Shown here: positions 62,574 to 64,000 of the stretch, in pieces
Layout: every line of letters starts with the position of its first letter
Position numbering within the stretch: the first letter of the stretch is position 1
Assembly (NCBI RefSeq): GCF_001194135.2
Contig: NC_068984.1
Span: 137,057,323 to 137,121,322 of the forward strand
Length of the DNA stretch: 64,000 bases
Direction of reading: 5' to 3'
Source: Octopus bimaculoides
Lineage: Eukaryota
Notes under the pieces: model-generated
What the model was told of the DNA's origin: nothing
What the model saw: only the letters and a program-made list of their open reading frames with translations
The model's database searches: none
Program-made: the position numbers and the translations under genes

Positions 62574-62816
62574 GGGAAAAGAACCAAGGTTCATGAACTC
62601 ATCAATGAAAATCCACTGTCACATATAGAGAAATTAATAAGTAAAATCACAATAAATAAGTATAATATAACACAAAGTAAATATCATAATTATCATTATC
62701 TTATGATATTTACTTTATATTATATTATACCTATTTATTGTGCTTTTAATTATTAATTTTTCTATATGTGACAGTGGATTTCCATCGATGAGTTCATGAA
62801 CCTTGGTTCTTTTCCC
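62574..62816. mobile_element. Foldback MITE: near-perfect palindrome over its whole length, TA-flanked
   Basis: Arms begin GGGAAAAGAACCAAGGTTCATGAACTCATC and end GATGAGTTCATGAACCTTGGTTCTTTTCCC; about 115 bp per arm with a ~10-nt loop. Confidence 0.9.
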
Positions 62817-62949
62817 TATATGACAAAGAAACAACACTATCCTTGTCACATTGGTAAATAAACTGTGACCTCAATATTAGGACACTTAAAATGTGTTTTG
62901 TTTCAATGCCATAGAGTAAAACAGAATATATCTATACTTAAAATGTATC

Positions 62950-63223
62950 TGCTAGTCATCATTAACAAACTCAAACAAAATGGATGAATGACCATCGCTT
63001 CTAACTAAATGACATAAAATCAGAAATAATAGTCTTCCTCACTAACGAACATATTGATTTTATCATAGAAACCATCTATCTTAATGACATAAAACTAGTA
63101 AATTCTTATGAGGACAAACATCTTGATGTTATATTTCAAAGATATATGATCGTTAATCAACACATAAATCAGATCACCAAGATACTCTTTAAAACACAAA
63201 GGAGTCCAAGAGATTCTCGTTAA
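62950..63223 (+). mobile_element. L2/CR1-type RT C-terminal fragment
   Basis: WMNDHRF*LNDIKSEIIVF..KHLDVIFQ..NQHINQITK resembles WM..N.LKLN..KTE..LGVIFD..HI...K. Confidence 0.55.
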
Positions 63224-64000
63224 CTCCGTTAACTTTGTTATCATGGTGCAGGCGGAGATGTGTGGTTAACAAGCTTGCTTTGCAGCTATGTGGTTCTGGG
63301 TTCAGTCCCACTGGGTTCAGCATCCTGGGCCTTTTTTTTTTTTTTTTTTTCTACCGTAGTCCCATAGCCCTGGGCCAACCGATGTTTTGTTAAGGCATTT
63401 GAAAGACAGAAACTGTGCAGAAGCCCATTGCATATTTGTGTGCCTTTGCATGTATGTGTGTATGTTTGTGTTTGCATGTATGTGTGTGTTTATGTGTTCG
63501 CAAGTGTGTGTGGGGGGTGTCTATGTGTTTGAACGGGTATGTGTGTGTGTGTTTATGTGTTTGCATGGGTGTGTGTGTGTGTGTGTGCTTATATGTTTGC
63601 ATGGGTGTGGGTGTGTTTGTTTGCATGGGTGTGGGTGTGTGGGTGTGTGCTTGTATGTTTGCATGGGTGTGTGTGTGTGTGTGTGTGTGTTTGTGTTTGC
63701 ATTGGTGTGTGTGTGTTTGCATGGGTGTGTATGTGTGTTTATATATGTTTGCATGGATATGGGTGTGTGTATGTGTGTGTGTGTGTGCGTGTGCGTGCGT
63801 GTTTATGTGTTTGCATGGGTGTGTGTGTGTGCATGTATGATCACCATTACCATTTAACATCCGTTTTCCATGATGCTGGCATTGCATAGAGTTGGATGAT
63901 TCGACAGAAGCTGGCAAGCGAGAGGACGGTGCCAAGCTTTGATGTCTGCTTTGGCACAGCTTCTTCCAGACTACAGACAATGCACGAAACTGATGCATAT

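Overview
AT-rich, microsatellite-dense, gapped eukaryotic genomic DNA. The SINE/LINE complement points to a coleoid cephalopod, probably Octopus (inference). The whole window appears to lie inside one minus-strand gene, PNPT1 (mitochondrial polynucleotide phosphorylase). Five consecutive GT-AG coding exons (114, 187, 52, 58 and 97 nt) splice in frame, separated by introns of about 2.0, 0.56, 25.4 and 16.0 kb. The flanking exons were not found in the window. The introns hold several tRNA-derived SINE families, RTE, R4/Dong-like, CR1/L2-like and probable Penelope retroelement fragments, decayed mariner and maT transposons, and hAT, piggyBac-like and foldback MITEs. The best finding is a structurally complete type-I hammerhead ribozyme motif (4034-4119) on the PNPT1 sense strand, about 190 nt downstream of a splice donor. 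It has an intact core and a palindromic stem III of the Penelope-associated dimeric type. A second, decayed hammerhead lies in the 3' part of a tRNA-headed element with an inverted head duplication (about 18950-19220), suggesting a Penelope-mobilised SINE. Folds were done by eye, no searches were run, and repeat boundaries are approximate.
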